A DNA stretch of 64,000 bases from positions 160,001-224,000 of the forward strand of contig CAWFGE010000023.1 of assembly GCA_963815195.1 (NCBI GenBank), written 5' to 3'. Shown piece after piece: positions 43,906-56,983 of the stretch (the first letter of the stretch is position 1; every line of letters begins with the position of its first letter). The translations under genes and the position numbers were made by a program. The DNA is from an uncultured Planctomycetaceae bacterium. GTDB taxonomy: Bacteria > Planctomycetota > Planctomycetia > Planctomycetales > Planctomycetaceae. The notes beneath the pieces were generated by a model. The model was not told the origin of the DNA. It saw only the letters and a program-made list of their open reading frames with translations, and did not search any database.

Positions 43906-44853
43906 GTGACGACAGCGAATAAACCACGAATCGTCATCTTAGCAGGCGGCACTTCCGCAGAACGCGAGGTGAGTTTGGCCGGGGGGCGGGCGGTGGCTTT
44001 GGGCCTGGAAGCTCGGGGCCTGGAAACGGTTTGGCTGGACCCGGCGGAGGGTTCGATCGAAACTTTTGACTGGCGGGGCGGGGATGTGGCGTTTCTCGTG
44101 TTGCACGGCGAGTTCGGCGAAGATGGGCAGGTGCAATCGCTGTTGGACGAGCGGGGTATTGCCTACACCGGGAGCGATGCTCAATCTTCGCAAATCGCCT
44201 TCAGCAAATCGGCGACCAAGGAGCGGTTGCAGATCGCTCACATCCCGACGCCGGTTGCGGTGGTCGTTCACCGGGCGGACGCGGCGGGTTCGCTTCGGCA
44301 GCGGGCGGAGGCGTTAGGGTTTCCGCTGGTCGTCAAACCCGATCGGCAAGGGTCCAGCCTGGGCGTGAGCGTGGTTCTTGAGGAAAGCGAACTGGAAGCC
44401 GCGCTGGACCGCTGTTTTGAACTCGATCCCTTCGGGCTGTTGGAAACTTACGTCCCCGGCAGCGAATGGACGGTGGGTTTATGGAACGATGAAGCACTGC
44501 CGGCGATTTGCATCGAGACCCCGCGCGGCTTCTACGACTACGCCGCCAAGTACCGAGACGAGGAAACCCAATACCATTTTGAAACCCAGATTCCCAAAGC
44601 CCAACGGGAGTGGATGCAGCGAATCGCGGTCCGCGTGGGCGAAGCCATCGGCACCCGCGGCATCGCCCGCGTGGATTTCCGCCTGGACGCCGAGGGCCGT
44701 CCCTGGGTGCTGGAAATCAACACCATTCCGGGCATGACCGACCACAGCCTGATCCCCAAAGCCGCCGCCCGGTTGGGCATTGCTTTTCCGGAACTGTGCG
44801 AGCGAATCGCGCTTGAGGCGGTCCAGGCTCCTCGCGCGAAGCATGCTGCTTGA
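43906..44853 (+). CDS. ddl: D-alanine--D-alanine ligase
   Basis: GGTSAEREVSL, LHGEFGEDG, VVKPDRQGSSLG, FYDYAAKY, LEINTIPGMT; GTG start after AGGAGG. Confidence 0.96.
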   Translation: MTTANKPRIVILAGGTSAEREVSLAGGRAVALGLEARGLETVWLDPAEGSIETFDWRGGDVAFLVLHGEFGEDGQVQSLLDERGIAYTGSDAQSSQIAFSKSATKERLQIAHIPTPVAVVVHRADAAGSLRQRAEALGFPLVVKPDRQGSSLGVSVVLEESELEAALDRCFELDPFGLLETYVPGSEWTVGLWNDEALPAICIETPRGFYDYAAKYRDEETQYHFETQIPKAQREWMQRIAVRVGEAIGTRGIARVDFRLDAEGRPWVLEINTIPGMTDHSLIPKAAARLGIAFPELCERIALEAVQAPRAKHAA

Positions 44854-44924
44854 GCTAAGGACCGTTCGAGAAAAAACTGTCCGATCATCAGCCGGAACGC
44901 GCTCCCGTCCGGTTCTTGGCGTGA

Positions 44925-44950
44925 ACCGGGGCTAGCCGCCCTGCGGCTAA
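44925..44950 (-). repeat. REP-like element downstream of ddl
   Basis: ACCGGGGCTAGCCGCCCTGCGGCTAA, near-identical to 15635-15659. Confidence 0.75.
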
Positions 44951-45162
44951 TAAATGCGACAGTTATTTATCGAGCGATCCTAAGGGGCGGAGGATAAAGG
45001 TTGGAGGAGAGAGAATGGCGGTTGGCTTCCGTCTGCCCTCCGTCTTCCATCCTCCAACCTCAGCCGCATCGCGAGCCGTTGAACTCACCGCGCATCCCGG
45101 CTAATGTTTTTAGATGGTGGAGTTTGCGCCGGTTTTGTGTTCTTGCGTGAGGAAGACGGCTC

Positions 45163-46416
45163 GTGATTGATTTGAGATGCGGGCGTTGGCTCGTTGGATG
45201 TTGGCTGGTGGGGCTGCTGTTTGTTTCCAGCGAATCGAATGCGGAGAATTGGACGCGGTTTCGCGGGCCGAACGGTTCGGGGCTCAGCGAGGCGACGGTG
45301 CCGGTGAAGTGGGACAGCGATGACATTCGCTGGACGGCGGAGCTTTTGGGCGCCGGGCATTCCTCGCCGGTGGTCTGGGAGCAGCGGCTGTTTGTGACGA
45401 GTGCCGACGTGGACGCCGGCAAGCGGTATCTCATCTGTCTGAATGCCGATTCCGGCGAGCGGAACTGGATCAAGGAATTCGATTTCGCGAAACACAAAAA
45501 ACACAACAACAACAGCTTCGCCTCCAACACGCCGGCGGTGGATGCGGACGCGGTGTATGTGCTCTGGCAATCGCCCGAGGGGTCTTCGCTGAAGGCTTTT
45601 ACGCACGAGGGCGATGAGATCTGGAACGCGGATTTAGGTCCGTATCGCCACGGCCAGGGCGGGGGCACGTCGCCGATTGTGTTTGAGGATCTGGTCGTGG
45701 TCTCGAACGATCATGGCGAAGGCAGTTTTCTCGGGACGTACGATCGGAAGACCGGCAAGGAGCGCTGGCGGATTCCCCGCGAAGGAAAGCGGGCCTGTTA
45801 TTCCACGCCCTGCGTCTACCAACCGGAAGGGCACGCGCCGGAGTTGATCTTCACGCACTGCTTCGAAGGTGTGACCGGCGTCGATCCGCGATCCGGCAAG
45901 GAACTTTGGATGATCGATGTCTTCGGCCGGTTCCCGCAGCGGGCGGTCGTGTCGCCTTTTGTTGTCGGAGATTTGATCATCACCGGCAGCGGAGCCCGCG
46001 GCGGCGAGCGGAATATCGTCGCGATCCGCCCTCCCGCCGGCAAAGAGGCAAAACCCGAAGAGGTTTACCGCATTTCCAAAGCCGGCACGCCGCACGTGCC
46101 CACGCCGATCGCTTATAAAGATTGGCTGTTCTTGTGGGGCGACAACGGCATCGTTTCCTGTGTAAGGGCCGACACTGGAAAGACCGTGTGGCAAAAGCGG
46201 ATCGGCGGGAACTTTTTCTCTTCGCCCGTCTGCATCAATGGCAAACTTTATGGCGTCGATCTGGAAGGGACGGTGGTCGTGCTCGACGCTTCGGACAAGT
46301 TCGCCGAGCTCGCCCGAAACCCGCTGGCCAAACCCACAAGAGCCACCCCCGCCGTCGCGAACGGCACGCTTTACATTCGCAGCGAGTCCCACGTGTTCGC
46401 CATCGGCGGCAAGTAG
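45163..46416 (+). CDS. PQQ-binding-like beta-propeller protein (planctomycete BamB-like family)
   Basis: Signal peptide, NWTRFRGPNGSG, GHSSPVVW, SSPV, TPAVANGTLYIR. Confidence 0.88.
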   Translation: MIDLRCGRWLVGCWLVGLLFVSSESNAENWTRFRGPNGSGLSEATVPVKWDSDDIRWTAELLGAGHSSPVVWEQRLFVTSADVDAGKRYLICLNADSGERNWIKEFDFAKHKKHNNNSFASNTPAVDADAVYVLWQSPEGSSLKAFTHEGDEIWNADLGPYRHGQGGGTSPIVFEDLVVVSNDHGEGSFLGTYDRKTGKERWRIPREGKRACYSTPCVYQPEGHAPELIFTHCFEGVTGVDPRSGKELWMIDVFGRFPQRAVVSPFVVGDLIITGSGARGGERNIVAIRPPAGKEAKPEEVYRISKAGTPHVPTPIAYKDWLFLWGDNGIVSCVRADTGKTVWQKRIGGNFFSSPVCINGKLYGVDLEGTVVVLDASDKFAELARNPLAKPTRATPAVANGTLYIRSESHVFAIGGK

Positions 46417-46464
46417 CCTTCATCTCATCCAGCACCATTGACACACCAACCGGGATATTCTTCG

Positions 46465-47580
46465 ATGACGATTGCCTTGATTCTGATTGCAGCGGTTTGT
46501 CTCGCGTATGCGAACGGGGCCAACGACAATTTTAAAGGCGTGGCCACTTTGTTCGGCAGCGGGACGACGAATTACCGCGGGGCCTTGACCTGGGCGACGG
46601 TCACGACGTTTTTGGGATCGCTCACCGCGGTGTTCCTGGCGGGGCAGTTGCTCAAGAGTTTCAGCGGCAAGGGACTGGTGTCCGATGAACTGGTGGCCGA
46701 CCCCAATTACGGAGCCGCCGTCGCGTTGGGGGCGGGCCTGACGGTGCTCCTCGCCACGAAGATCGGCATGCCGATTTCCACGACGCACAGCCTCGTGGGG
46801 GCATTGGTCGGAGCGGGCTGGGCGGCGTCTTCGCCACTCGACTTCGCCAAGCTGGGATCGGGCTTTTTCGCGCCGCTGCTGGTCAGCCCGCTGATGGCGG
46901 TCGCGGCCGCGGTGGTGCTCTATCCGATTCTGCACTTCGCCCGGAGGCGGGTGGGAGTCAGTGAAGAGACCTGCATCTGCGTCGGCAATGAGACCGTGGA
47001 GGTGCACCCCTGCCTCAGTCACACCGCGGCCCTCGAGCGCGTGGAGCAACTCACCGTGACGGTCGGCGATGCCGTAACTTGCAAAAACCAGTATCACGGC
47101 CAAGTGCTAGGCGTGCAAGCGGCGACCATCTTGGACCGGCTGCATTATTTGTCGTCGGGCATCGTGAGTTATGCGCGGGGGCTCAACGACACGCCCAAAA
47201 TCGCGGCCCTGCTCTTGTTGGCCCCGGCTTTGGGGGCCGCGGGCAGCACGACTCTGGTAGGTGTCGTGATCGCCTTGGGCGGCATTGTGAGCGCCCGTAA
47301 GGTCGCGGAAACGATGAGCCAGAAAATCACCGCGATGAATCACGGCCAGGGTTTTACCGCCAACGTGATCACGGGAGCCATCGTCATCGGAGCGAGCCGA
47401 TTGGGCCTGCCCGTCTCGACGACGCACGTCAGTTGCGGGGCATTATTCGGCATCGGCAGCGTGACGCGACAAGCCCACGCCGGCATGATCGGCCGGATCC
47501 TAATCGCCTGGATCACCACGCTTCCCGTGGGCGCGGCCTTGGGAGCCGGGCTGTATTGGGCGATCGGCACTTGGATCTAA
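46465..47580 (+). CDS. PiT-family inorganic phosphate/sulfate transporter
   Basis: NGANDNFKG, PISTTH, RGLNDTPK, PVSTTH signatures. Confidence 0.9.
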   Translation: MTIALILIAAVCLAYANGANDNFKGVATLFGSGTTNYRGALTWATVTTFLGSLTAVFLAGQLLKSFSGKGLVSDELVADPNYGAAVALGAGLTVLLATKIGMPISTTHSLVGALVGAGWAASSPLDFAKLGSGFFAPLLVSPLMAVAAAVVLYPILHFARRRVGVSEETCICVGNETVEVHPCLSHTAALERVEQLTVTVGDAVTCKNQYHGQVLGVQAATILDRLHYLSSGIVSYARGLNDTPKIAALLLLAPALGAAGSTTLVGVVIALGGIVSARKVAETMSQKITAMNHGQGFTANVITGAIVIGASRLGLPVSTTHVSCGALFGIGSVTRQAHAGMIGRILIAWITTLPVGAALGAGLYWAIGTWI

Positions 47581-47613
47581 AGAGATTTATTGGCGACGCC
47601 GATCAATGGGTAA

Positions 47614-49923
47614 TCACTCCGGCTTCGGCCACTTGAGGTGTTTGTGCAAAAAGTCGAACGTGCCTTGGCCGTGGATGGTGTGGGGGCCGGTGAACCATTC
47701 GATTTCGGTGCGGCCTGCGATGCCTAGCTTCGCTTCATAAAGATACCGGATTTTGGCGTATTCGTAGGCGACGGTCTCATCGGGGGCGACGCCGTCGAAG
47801 TGGCCGCGCTCCACCATGAACGGGCGGGGGGCGATGAGGGCGGCCATCTCGGCATAGTTAAACGTGTGGCCCAGGTTCCATTCGAAAATCTCATACTCCC
47901 CGGTCCACACATAGCTGTAAGGAGAATGCGTGGAGGCGTTCTTCCAGACCCATTCGTTGAAGTCGGCCGAGCAGATGGAGAGGGTGTAATCGGTGACCAA
48001 AGGCGGGATCCGCATCGCCGACTTCCCGCCGTAAGACAGCCCGTAAAAGCCGATCCGCTTGGCATCCACGGCGGGCAGGGTTTTGAGCCAATTCACAATC
48101 TGCTGATGCTGCGGGACGATGATGGAAAACAGCGACGTGCCCACGGGGTTACTTTTCCGCTGCAGCGTGCGGAAGCGGTCGTGAAACAGATACAGGTTCT
48201 GCGGCGCGAAGGTGATAAAACCCCGCTCGCAGAGCTTGGCGGCGAAGTCGTGATAGGCCCGGTGGTCGCCTTCGATGACATCGGCGGGCCGGCCTTCCAG
48301 ACCGTGCTGGCAAACGACCACCGGCCGTTGTTCGCCTTCGCGGATGTCCTTCGGCCAGAGCAGAATCCCATACGCGAACACATCGGGAAACACATCGAGC
48401 ACCACTTCGTAGGCGGTCCATTTTTCCGTGTCTTTCCAGACCCGCGTGCGGACATTCGGTGGCAATAACTCCAATGGATGCCGGCCGATGACCTCATCGC
48501 GGAAATATTCGCGATACCACTCGGCCGATTTCTGGTAAGCCTCCTGGGAACTCGTATCGAGCTTCTTCATAAACTCCCGGCGAACGTCGGCGCTGTCTCT
48601 GAGCAGGATTTGATTGTGATCGTCGATCTCCTGGATCAACCGCCGCTGCCGGGTTTCCGGATCAAAGTTTTTCCAGAGCATTTGCGGCGGATTGCTGGAG
48701 TCGCTGAGCTTGGCCTCGGCGGACAACGGCGACAAAAAGGCAGAGAGCGTGTGAGGATTGCCGAACTCTCCCGAGCCTTGCTCGATGATCGACAGGAAGG
48801 GGAGCGGCATCCACGTTTTGCCTTTGACCATTTTCTGCCAGCGCCCCACCTCGGCGGACACGGTCTGCGCGTTGGGAGTGACCAATCTCGCCGGAGCGCC
48901 GCCTTCGCTGGGCAGCGTGAGTTCCGGGGCTTTGCAGACTTCGATGAGGATGGACCGCGGAGTGACGAGACTCATCAGTTCCGCATCGCCGAGTTGTTTT
49001 AACAGCCCAAACACGTTGCGGTCGATCGGTTCCTGCCAGAGGTTTTGGCGGGAATCGAAATAGCCGCTGACGGCGACGGCATCGATCCGCTGATCCAAGG
49101 CCCCGGCATAGAGCGCCAGCATTCCGCCTTCGCCATAACCCATGACGCCGACGCGCGTCTTCGGATTCGCTTTTTGAAACCAATCGACGCCCGCGAGGAT
49201 TTTTTGGACTTCGTAGCCGATCAGCGTTCGGCCCATTTCGAAAGAGCTGCGGTAGAGGTATTCGCGATTGGTGAGGTTCGCCCGGCCGCGGCGTTTTTCC
49301 ATGTGCCGGCTGATGAGGGCGGGCACCAACACCCGGCAGCCGCTTTCCGCGAGGACGCGGGCGAACTGCGACTTCGCGGGAATGCCTGGCGTCAAGCCGC
49401 AGAGTTGTTCGGGCGTCTGGTCGGCATCGGGGACGGTGATGATATTCGCCACCGGATCTTGCGACGCGGGTTCCAACAAAATCCCTTCGCCATGAATCCC
49501 GCCCAGCACCGGCCAGCGGACCGCGTAGGCTTTATATGAGGAGCCTTCCGCTAACAGAGCCGACTGTTTCGTGGTGTCGCTGAGTTCCGGGGCGTCAAAG
49601 GCAATCCGCTCATCGACCACGCCCAACATGCGGGCCAACGCTTTGCGGTTCGATTCGACCGATTTGACGTACGCCTCCGGCGAAGACACGTCCCGATTCC
49701 AAAAGGCGGGTCGGCGTTCGATGGACTTCTGCAATTGATTGAGAAGAAACCGGTCGGCCCCATCCACCAGATGCGATGCCAGGTCGCCGGTCATCGTCAG
49801 CGGCTTGGTGCCGGGAAACACCGCGGGCTTCGCGGCATCTTGGGACATCGCCCGGCCGCTGATCGCGAGCAAGAGAAGCAAACCGAAAACGAGCAGCCGA
49901 TCGAGGCGAAGGTTAGTTGCCAT
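47614..49923 (-). CDS. Secreted two-domain alpha/beta-hydrolase (dienelactone hydrolase-like)
   Basis: GYGEGG and GLSYGG nucleophile elbows, CQHGLEG, signal peptide; start at MATNL. Confidence 0.8.
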   Translation of the reverse strand: MATNLRLDRLLVFGLLLLLAISGRAMSQDAAKPAVFPGTKPLTMTGDLASHLVDGADRFLLNQLQKSIERRPAFWNRDVSSPEAYVKSVESNRKALARMLGVVDERIAFDAPELSDTTKQSALLAEGSSYKAYAVRWPVLGGIHGEGILLEPASQDPVANIITVPDADQTPEQLCGLTPGIPAKSQFARVLAESGCRVLVPALISRHMEKRRGRANLTNREYLYRSSFEMGRTLIGYEVQKILAGVDWFQKANPKTRVGVMGYGEGGMLALYAGALDQRIDAVAVSGYFDSRQNLWQEPIDRNVFGLLKQLGDAELMSLVTPRSILIEVCKAPELTLPSEGGAPARLVTPNAQTVSAEVGRWQKMVKGKTWMPLPFLSIIEQGSGEFGNPHTLSAFLSPLSAEAKLSDSSNPPQMLWKNFDPETRQRRLIQEIDDHNQILLRDSADVRREFMKKLDTSSQEAYQKSAEWYREYFRDEVIGRHPLELLPPNVRTRVWKDTEKWTAYEVVLDVFPDVFAYGILLWPKDIREGEQRPVVVCQHGLEGRPADVIEGDHRAYHDFAAKLCERGFITFAPQNLYLFHDRFRTLQRKSNPVGTSLFSIIVPQHQQIVNWLKTLPAVDAKRIGFYGLSYGGKSAMRIPPLVTDYTLSICSADFNEWVWKNASTHSPYSYVWTGEYEIFEWNLGHTFNYAEMAALIAPRPFMVERGHFDGVAPDETVAYEYAKIRYLYEAKLGIAGRTEIEWFTGPHTIHGQGTFDFLHKHLKWPKPE

Positions 49924-50197
49924 AAAATTCTCCCGCGTTTTTCTGTGGGGGTCGGACAACAGAATGTTGTGAATATAAACGCGGTGAGGTGGCTGGGGCG
50001 CAAAGCAATGGATCGAGCGAAAAACGCGTTCCGGAAACTGGGGCCATGGGAATTGATTCTCTCGCGTCCATCGCCCCAGTATTCGCTTGCCTCACTTTAT
50101 GCAAAAATATCTGCGCCCCAGCCACCCGACCGCTTACCATTTGGCTGAGTATAAACGCGGAGCACACTGAGCACACGCCTGGCAGCAAGTCCGCGCC

Positions 50198-52655
50198 CTA
50201 ATCGCCGTCCAGGTCCGCGCCAAATTCTTCCAGTTCTTCGTCGAGGTTCTCCACATGCTCCACTTCCGCGGCCGCGGTTTCGCCTTTGATGAGATCGACC
50301 TGGGCCTGGGCGGCGGCGATGGCTTTGTCGGTGCTTTCGGGATCGACGGCCCGGCAGCTTTCCGTAAGCTGCTCGCTTAACTCCCGCAGGAAGCTTTGCC
50401 ATTCTTCCGGGTCGGCTAGCCGCGGGGCAGACCTGCATAAACTCGCCGCAGAACAAAATCAGCCGCAGGAAATGCCGAAACACCATGCCCTCCTGCCGGG
50501 TCAGGCCCTTGGCGGTGACATATTTGTTGAAGTCGCCGCCCTGCGTCAAGAGTTCCCCCGCCGCCCAGACCGGCATGATTCGCACATCCTTGACGCCGGG
50601 GTACTGCGAATCGAACAACAGCTTGAGCTTCTCCGCCAGCGTGGGCGTCCAGCGCTCTTCCCAGTTGAGCGTGGGGTCATCCTTCACCGACAAATCGTGA
50701 GGCGTGACCAGGCCCCGCTGCAAAAGTTCCTCATCCAACCGCGTCTGGGCCAGATTCCCCGGCGGCAAATCTTCGATCCTCGGCACGCGAACGAACTTCG
50801 CCATCGAGCCCGGCAACTCCAATACGCTTTCCAGCGCCTGAATCCGCTCCTCGGCATCGGCGATGCCCAGGTGCTCCAACAGAAACGCCCCATATACCGG
50901 ATTGACGCTGCGAAACTCCAACAGCTCCGCGAGCCGAGGCGTGGCATGGGCCAGCCTGGGTTCGTATTCCTCCTGTTCCGATTCGTCGTCGTCGCCGGGG
51001 CTTTTCTGTTTGGGCTTGTTCTTTTTCGGGTCGGCTTCGGCGCGGGCTTCCAGGATCAAAGAACCCAACAGCCCGGGCTTGGGTTTCTTTTCCGCCGGCT
51101 GTTCCGCGGGGGCTTGTTCCTCTTGCTTCACATCGGGCGGAGGCGGGGGTTCGGGTTCGAGTTTGACGAACCCGCCCGCCCACAAAGTTTTGAGCATGCG
51201 ATTGAGCTGCTTCTGTCCCGCGGCGAGGCGTTTGTCGTCCATCAACCGCTTGCGGACGACCTGCCGCAGCCGTTCTACTTCGGGCGAAAGCTCCAGCAGA
51301 TACGCCAACAACCGCCAGGGCAATTGGCCCCGGCTGGCGAGTTTGCCCGGCGGGGCTTCGACGAGTTTTTGGAACTGCTCCTCGTTCCAATACTGCTCGG
51401 TCTTCCGCCGGGTGGGCATCTTTTTCAGGATGCGTTTGCGGGCCTTGATGAGGTTGGGATCCTTCGTATCTTCGGGGATCGTGTCGTGCTTTTCTTTCCA
51501 GCGGGCGATCTTGACGTCGTCTTCGTGACCGAGGGCGTACACAAAACCTTCGGTGTCGAACTGCGGCCGGCCCGCGCGGCCGAACATCTGATGGGCGGAG
51601 CTGGCGTCGATAACTTTCTTGTCGCCCGGCGGCCCTTTCAGCAGCGTGGTCAGGAGCACAGAGCGGGCCGGCAGATTGATCCCCGCCGCCAAGGTTTCGG
51701 TCAGACGCAGACGCTCAACAGCTTTCGCTGAAAGAAGCGTTCGACGACCCGGCGGTACTTGGGCAACAGTCCCGCGTGATGCACCCCGACGCCTCGCATC
51801 AAGATCGATTTGAGCTTCGGCCCCGCTCCGTGGCTGAAGTCGTGCTCGTCGATCTCGGCGGCCAGCTTCTTTTGCTGGCCGTCCGAAAGCAAACTTTTGC
51901 CGCGAAGCTGCTCGGCCACGTTCCAGCATTGATCGCGGTTGAAGCAAAACACCAGGGCCGGGCGTCTTGCGGGTTTCCTCATCGCCCGACGCCATGTGCT
52001 CGAGCTGCTCGTTGAGGAGTTGATCGCCGATCCAGAAAAACCTGAGCGGCACCTTGCGTTCGGTGCTCTGGACGAGTTGCAGTTTGCGATTGTGGCTGCG
52101 GGCGAGCCAGATGATGAACTCCGCCGAGTTCCCCACCGTCGCGGACAGAAGCAGCAACCGCGCCTGCTCCGGCAAGAGAGCCAGCGACAATTCCCACACG
52201 ATCCCGCGGTCCGGCGAGTTGAAGGTGTGGAACTCGTCCATCACCACGGCCGAGACGTTGTGAAAATCAAAGCCTTCGGGATGCAAGAGCCGATTGAGCA
52301 GAATCTCGGCCACGACCACCAGCACGCGGGCATCGGGATTGACTTTGCGGTTGCCGGTGACGAGGCCCACATCGTCTTTGGAGAAGCCCCACTTGACGGC
52401 GGCTTCTTGGATTTCATGAAACTTCTGCTCGGTGAGCGCGATCAACGGCGTGGTGAGATAGGCGATGCTCCCGGAATGCAGGGCTTCAAACAGGGCCGCC
52501 TCCGCGATCAGCGTTTTCCCCATCCCGGTGGGAGCACACACCAACACGCCCTCTTGCGCGGTGAACCACGCCAGCAACGCCTCCTCCTGAACCGGATAAG
52601 GCTCGAACGCCAACTGGTCGAGATACATCGAACACAGTTCATCGCGGCTGAACAT
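50198..52655 (-). CDS. Ski2/HelY-like DEAD/DEAH-box helicase (frameshifts near 51960, 51705 and 50415)
   Basis: [25 protein letters not shown] (alternate frame), [21 protein letters not shown]. Confidence 0.9.
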
Positions 52656-52819
52656 CAATCGCCAATCGCCCAAAAGATCAAAAACAAGCCCGCAGGCAGG
52701 ATAGAGCATCGCGGGGGGATTGTCCAAGGCAGTTTTCCTCGTCTTGCCCCCAAGCGGGGCGGGGGTATATCATGCTTGCGGGTGCTCCGGTTATCGCCCT
52801 TGTCGAGAAGTATCGAAAC

Positions 52820-54334
52820 ATGTTTGAAGGAATCAGCCAAAACCTGAAGGGGGCGTTGTCTTTCCTCGATCGCGGAAAGATGACCGAGGCCAACATCCGC
52901 GAGGGGATGAAGCAAGTCCGCCTGGCCCTCCTGGAAGCCGACGTGAATTACGACGTCGCCCAGCAGTTTATGGACCGGGTGACGGAACAAGCCGTCGGCG
53001 AGCGGGTGCTCAAATCGCTCAGGCCCAGCCAGTACGTCATCAAGATCGTGTATGACGAACTCGTGCGGCTGATGGGCGGCGACCCCGACGAGCAGGAATA
53101 CGTCCCCAAAAGCGTCGCCAGCACGTTGGGCGTCAAACGCGACGGCGTCACCGTGATCATGATGTGCGGGCTCCAGGGCTCCGGGAAAACCACGACCTGC
53201 GGCAAGCTCGCCAAGATGCTCTTGGACAATGGCTATAAGTCCATGCTCGTCGCGGCGGACCTCCAGCGGCCCGCGGCCATCGAGCAATTAAAAATCGTCG
53301 GCGAGCAAGTCGGCGTGCCGGTCTATACCGAAGACCCGCAAAAAAGCTCCCCGGTGCAGGTCTGCCGGAACGGCCTCAAAGCCGCCAAGTCCGCCGGCGA
53401 TGTGCGCGTGCTGATTTTGGACACCGCCGGCCGGTTGCACGTCGACAGCGCTCTGATGAAAGAACTCGAGCAGATCGACAAGCACTGCGACCCGGACCAG
53501 GCGCTCCTTGTCTGCGATGCGATGACCGGGCAGGACGCCGTCAACAGTGCCCGCGCATTTAACGACTCGCTCGTGCTCGACGGGGTGATCCTCACCAAAC
53601 TCGACGGCGACACCCGCGGCGGGGCGGCGCTGTCGGTCAAAGAAGTCACCGGCGTGCCCATCAAGTTCGTCGGCGTCGGCGAGCAGCTCGACAAGCTGCA
53701 GCATTTCTACCCCGACCGCATGGCCAGCCGAATCCTCGAAATGGGCGACATGCTCAGCCTGATCGAGGATCTGCAGTCCAAGGTCGATCAGGACGAAATG
53801 CTCAAAGCCCAAGAGGCGCTCGAAAAAGGGAAGTTCACCCTCGAAGACTTCCAGAAGCAGATGCGGCAGATCAAAAAGCTCGGCTCGATGGGCGAGATCA
53901 TGAAAATGATCCCCGGCATGGGCGGCATGGCTGACCAGATCGCCGGCATGAACCCCGACCAGGATCTCAAGCGGATCGACGGCATCATCAACTCGATGAC
54001 GCGCGAGGAACGCAAGAACCCCGACATCATCGACCGCAGCCGACGCCAGCGGATCGCGGTGGGCAGCGGCACCGACCCGGCGGACGTCAACAAGCTCCTC
54101 AAAGACTTCAAAGGCATGTCGGGCATGATGCAAAAGATGGCCGGCCTGGGCCTCCGCGACCGCATGCGGGCCATGAAGGAAATGGCCGACGGCGGAATGC
54201 TCGATCCCGGCGCCCAAATCCGGCAGAAAAAAGAGCGCAGCAAACGCGGCCCCCAAGACATCCAAATGGCCAAGCAGAAAAAAAAGGACAAACGCAAAGA
54301 GGCGAAAAAGCAGCGAAAAAAAAACCGCCGGTGA
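52820..54334 (+). CDS. ffh: Signal recognition particle protein
   Basis: [32 protein letters not shown], Met-rich M domain with [11 protein letters not shown]. Confidence 0.97.
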   Translation: MFEGISQNLKGALSFLDRGKMTEANIREGMKQVRLALLEADVNYDVAQQFMDRVTEQAVGERVLKSLRPSQYVIKIVYDELVRLMGGDPDEQEYVPKSVASTLGVKRDGVTVIMMCGLQGSGKTTTCGKLAKMLLDNGYKSMLVAADLQRPAAIEQLKIVGEQVGVPVYTEDPQKSSPVQVCRNGLKAAKSAGDVRVLILDTAGRLHVDSALMKELEQIDKHCDPDQALLVCDAMTGQDAVNSARAFNDSLVLDGVILTKLDGDTRGGAALSVKEVTGVPIKFVGVGEQLDKLQHFYPDRMASRILEMGDMLSLIEDLQSKVDQDEMLKAQEALEKGKFTLEDFQKQMRQIKKLGSMGEIMKMIPGMGGMADQIAGMNPDQDLKRIDGIINSMTREERKNPDIIDRSRRQRIAVGSGTDPADVNKLLKDFKGMSGMMQKMAGLGLRDRMRAMKEMADGGMLDPGAQIRQKKERSKRGPQDIQMAKQKKKDKRKEAKKQRKKNRR

Positions 54335-54356
54335 TCGACGATCGTAATTTGTTTAA

Positions 54357-54459
54357 GGCGAGCGGGGGCGTGAGCCCCCCCGGTTACTTGGAATGTTCCA
54401 GAACCCAGCCGAACTTAAGCGCTCGTGATTCACCGGCCAGCTAACGCTGGCCGCTCGCC
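54357..54459. repeat. REP doublet (REPIN-like) after ffh
   Basis: GGCGAGCGGGGGCGTGAGCCCCCCGGTT (+) and ACCGGCCAGCTAACGCTGGCCGCTCGCC (-). Confidence 0.8.
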
Positions 54460-54483
54460 GAAGGTATTGACCATCCATCTATC

Positions 54484-55321
54484 ATGCACCAAGAGCCGGA
54501 TTATGCAAAAGACAGCGAGTTTAAGAAGCTCGTGGTCCGTCAAAGCGATGTGGACTTGGTCCGCGTCGCCTTGGAGTTGGCGCGGGATGCTTATCCGGAA
54601 CTTGACCTCTCCGAACCTTTGAAGTGGATTCGCGAGCGGGCCGGGGAACTCAAGCCGGGCCTCGCGGTGCGGGATGAATTGGAATCGCTCCAGGCGATCG
54701 CGGAGTGTCTGTCGGAGCGGCACGGGCTCACCGGCAGCCCGGAGGCTTACGAAGACCCCGATGCCAGCTACTTGCAGAAAGTGATCGAGACCGGGCGGGG
54801 GATCCCAATCAGCCTGTCGGTGATTTATATGGCGGTGGCCGAGCGGTTGGAGCTTCCGCTGCTGGGCGTCTCGGCTCCGATGCACTTTCTGGCCCGGATG
54901 GAATCTGGCGAGGGGCCGCTGTTTGTGGATGCCTACGCGAATGGCCGCGTGCTCACGCTGCCCGAGTGCCTGGATTGGCTCGGCGGCCTTACCAATTTTT
55001 CCGAAGCCCAACTTCTCGCTGCGCCTGGAACCCGCCGGCCCGCGGGCGATCATCGTGCGGATGCTGAATAACCTCAAAGTCATCTATGCAAAGCGGGAGG
55101 ATTGGCCGGCCGCGTGGAAAGTACAGCACCGCCTCAGCACCTTGCAGTCCGCCTCTTACAACGAACGCCGGGACTTGGGCATCATCTCGCTGCACGCGGG
55201 CCGATTGAGCCTCGCGGTCGATGTACTCGCGGCGTGCTTAACCAAGTGCCCCGAGGCCGAACGCGAAATCCTCGAAGGCCACCTCAAACAAGCCCGCCGC
55301 CAGTTGTCGGAGTGGAATTGA
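54484..55321 (+). CDS. SirB1-like transglutaminase-like/TPR protein (frameshift near 55020)
   Basis: SYLQKVIETGRGIPISLSVIY, PMHFL, IIVRMLNNLK, ERRDLG. Confidence 0.85.
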
Positions 55322-55489
55322 TGGAAGAAGGGGCAAAGGCCACACAGGCCACAAAGGGGCAAAGGGCTGCGGGGCAAAAACCGGAAGAACCTCGGTGCGG
55401 ATTGGGCACGGTTGACATTCCAATTGTTCCACGATCTTCTATCGTCTATCCTCGCCGTCGGATTGGGAACACCTTGAAAGGAAGATTCG

Positions 55490-56977
<1,488 letters not shown>

Positions 56978-56983
56978 ACGGCA

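Noticed and set aside
39955..44156. Diversity-generating retroelement TR/VR pair
   Set aside because: One C/G mismatch rather than adenine-specific changes, and no reverse transcriptase.
55329..55368. Short 9-bp imperfect repeats (also 21488-21514, 50155-50178)
   Set aside because: Too short and degenerate to support a function; common intergenic filler.
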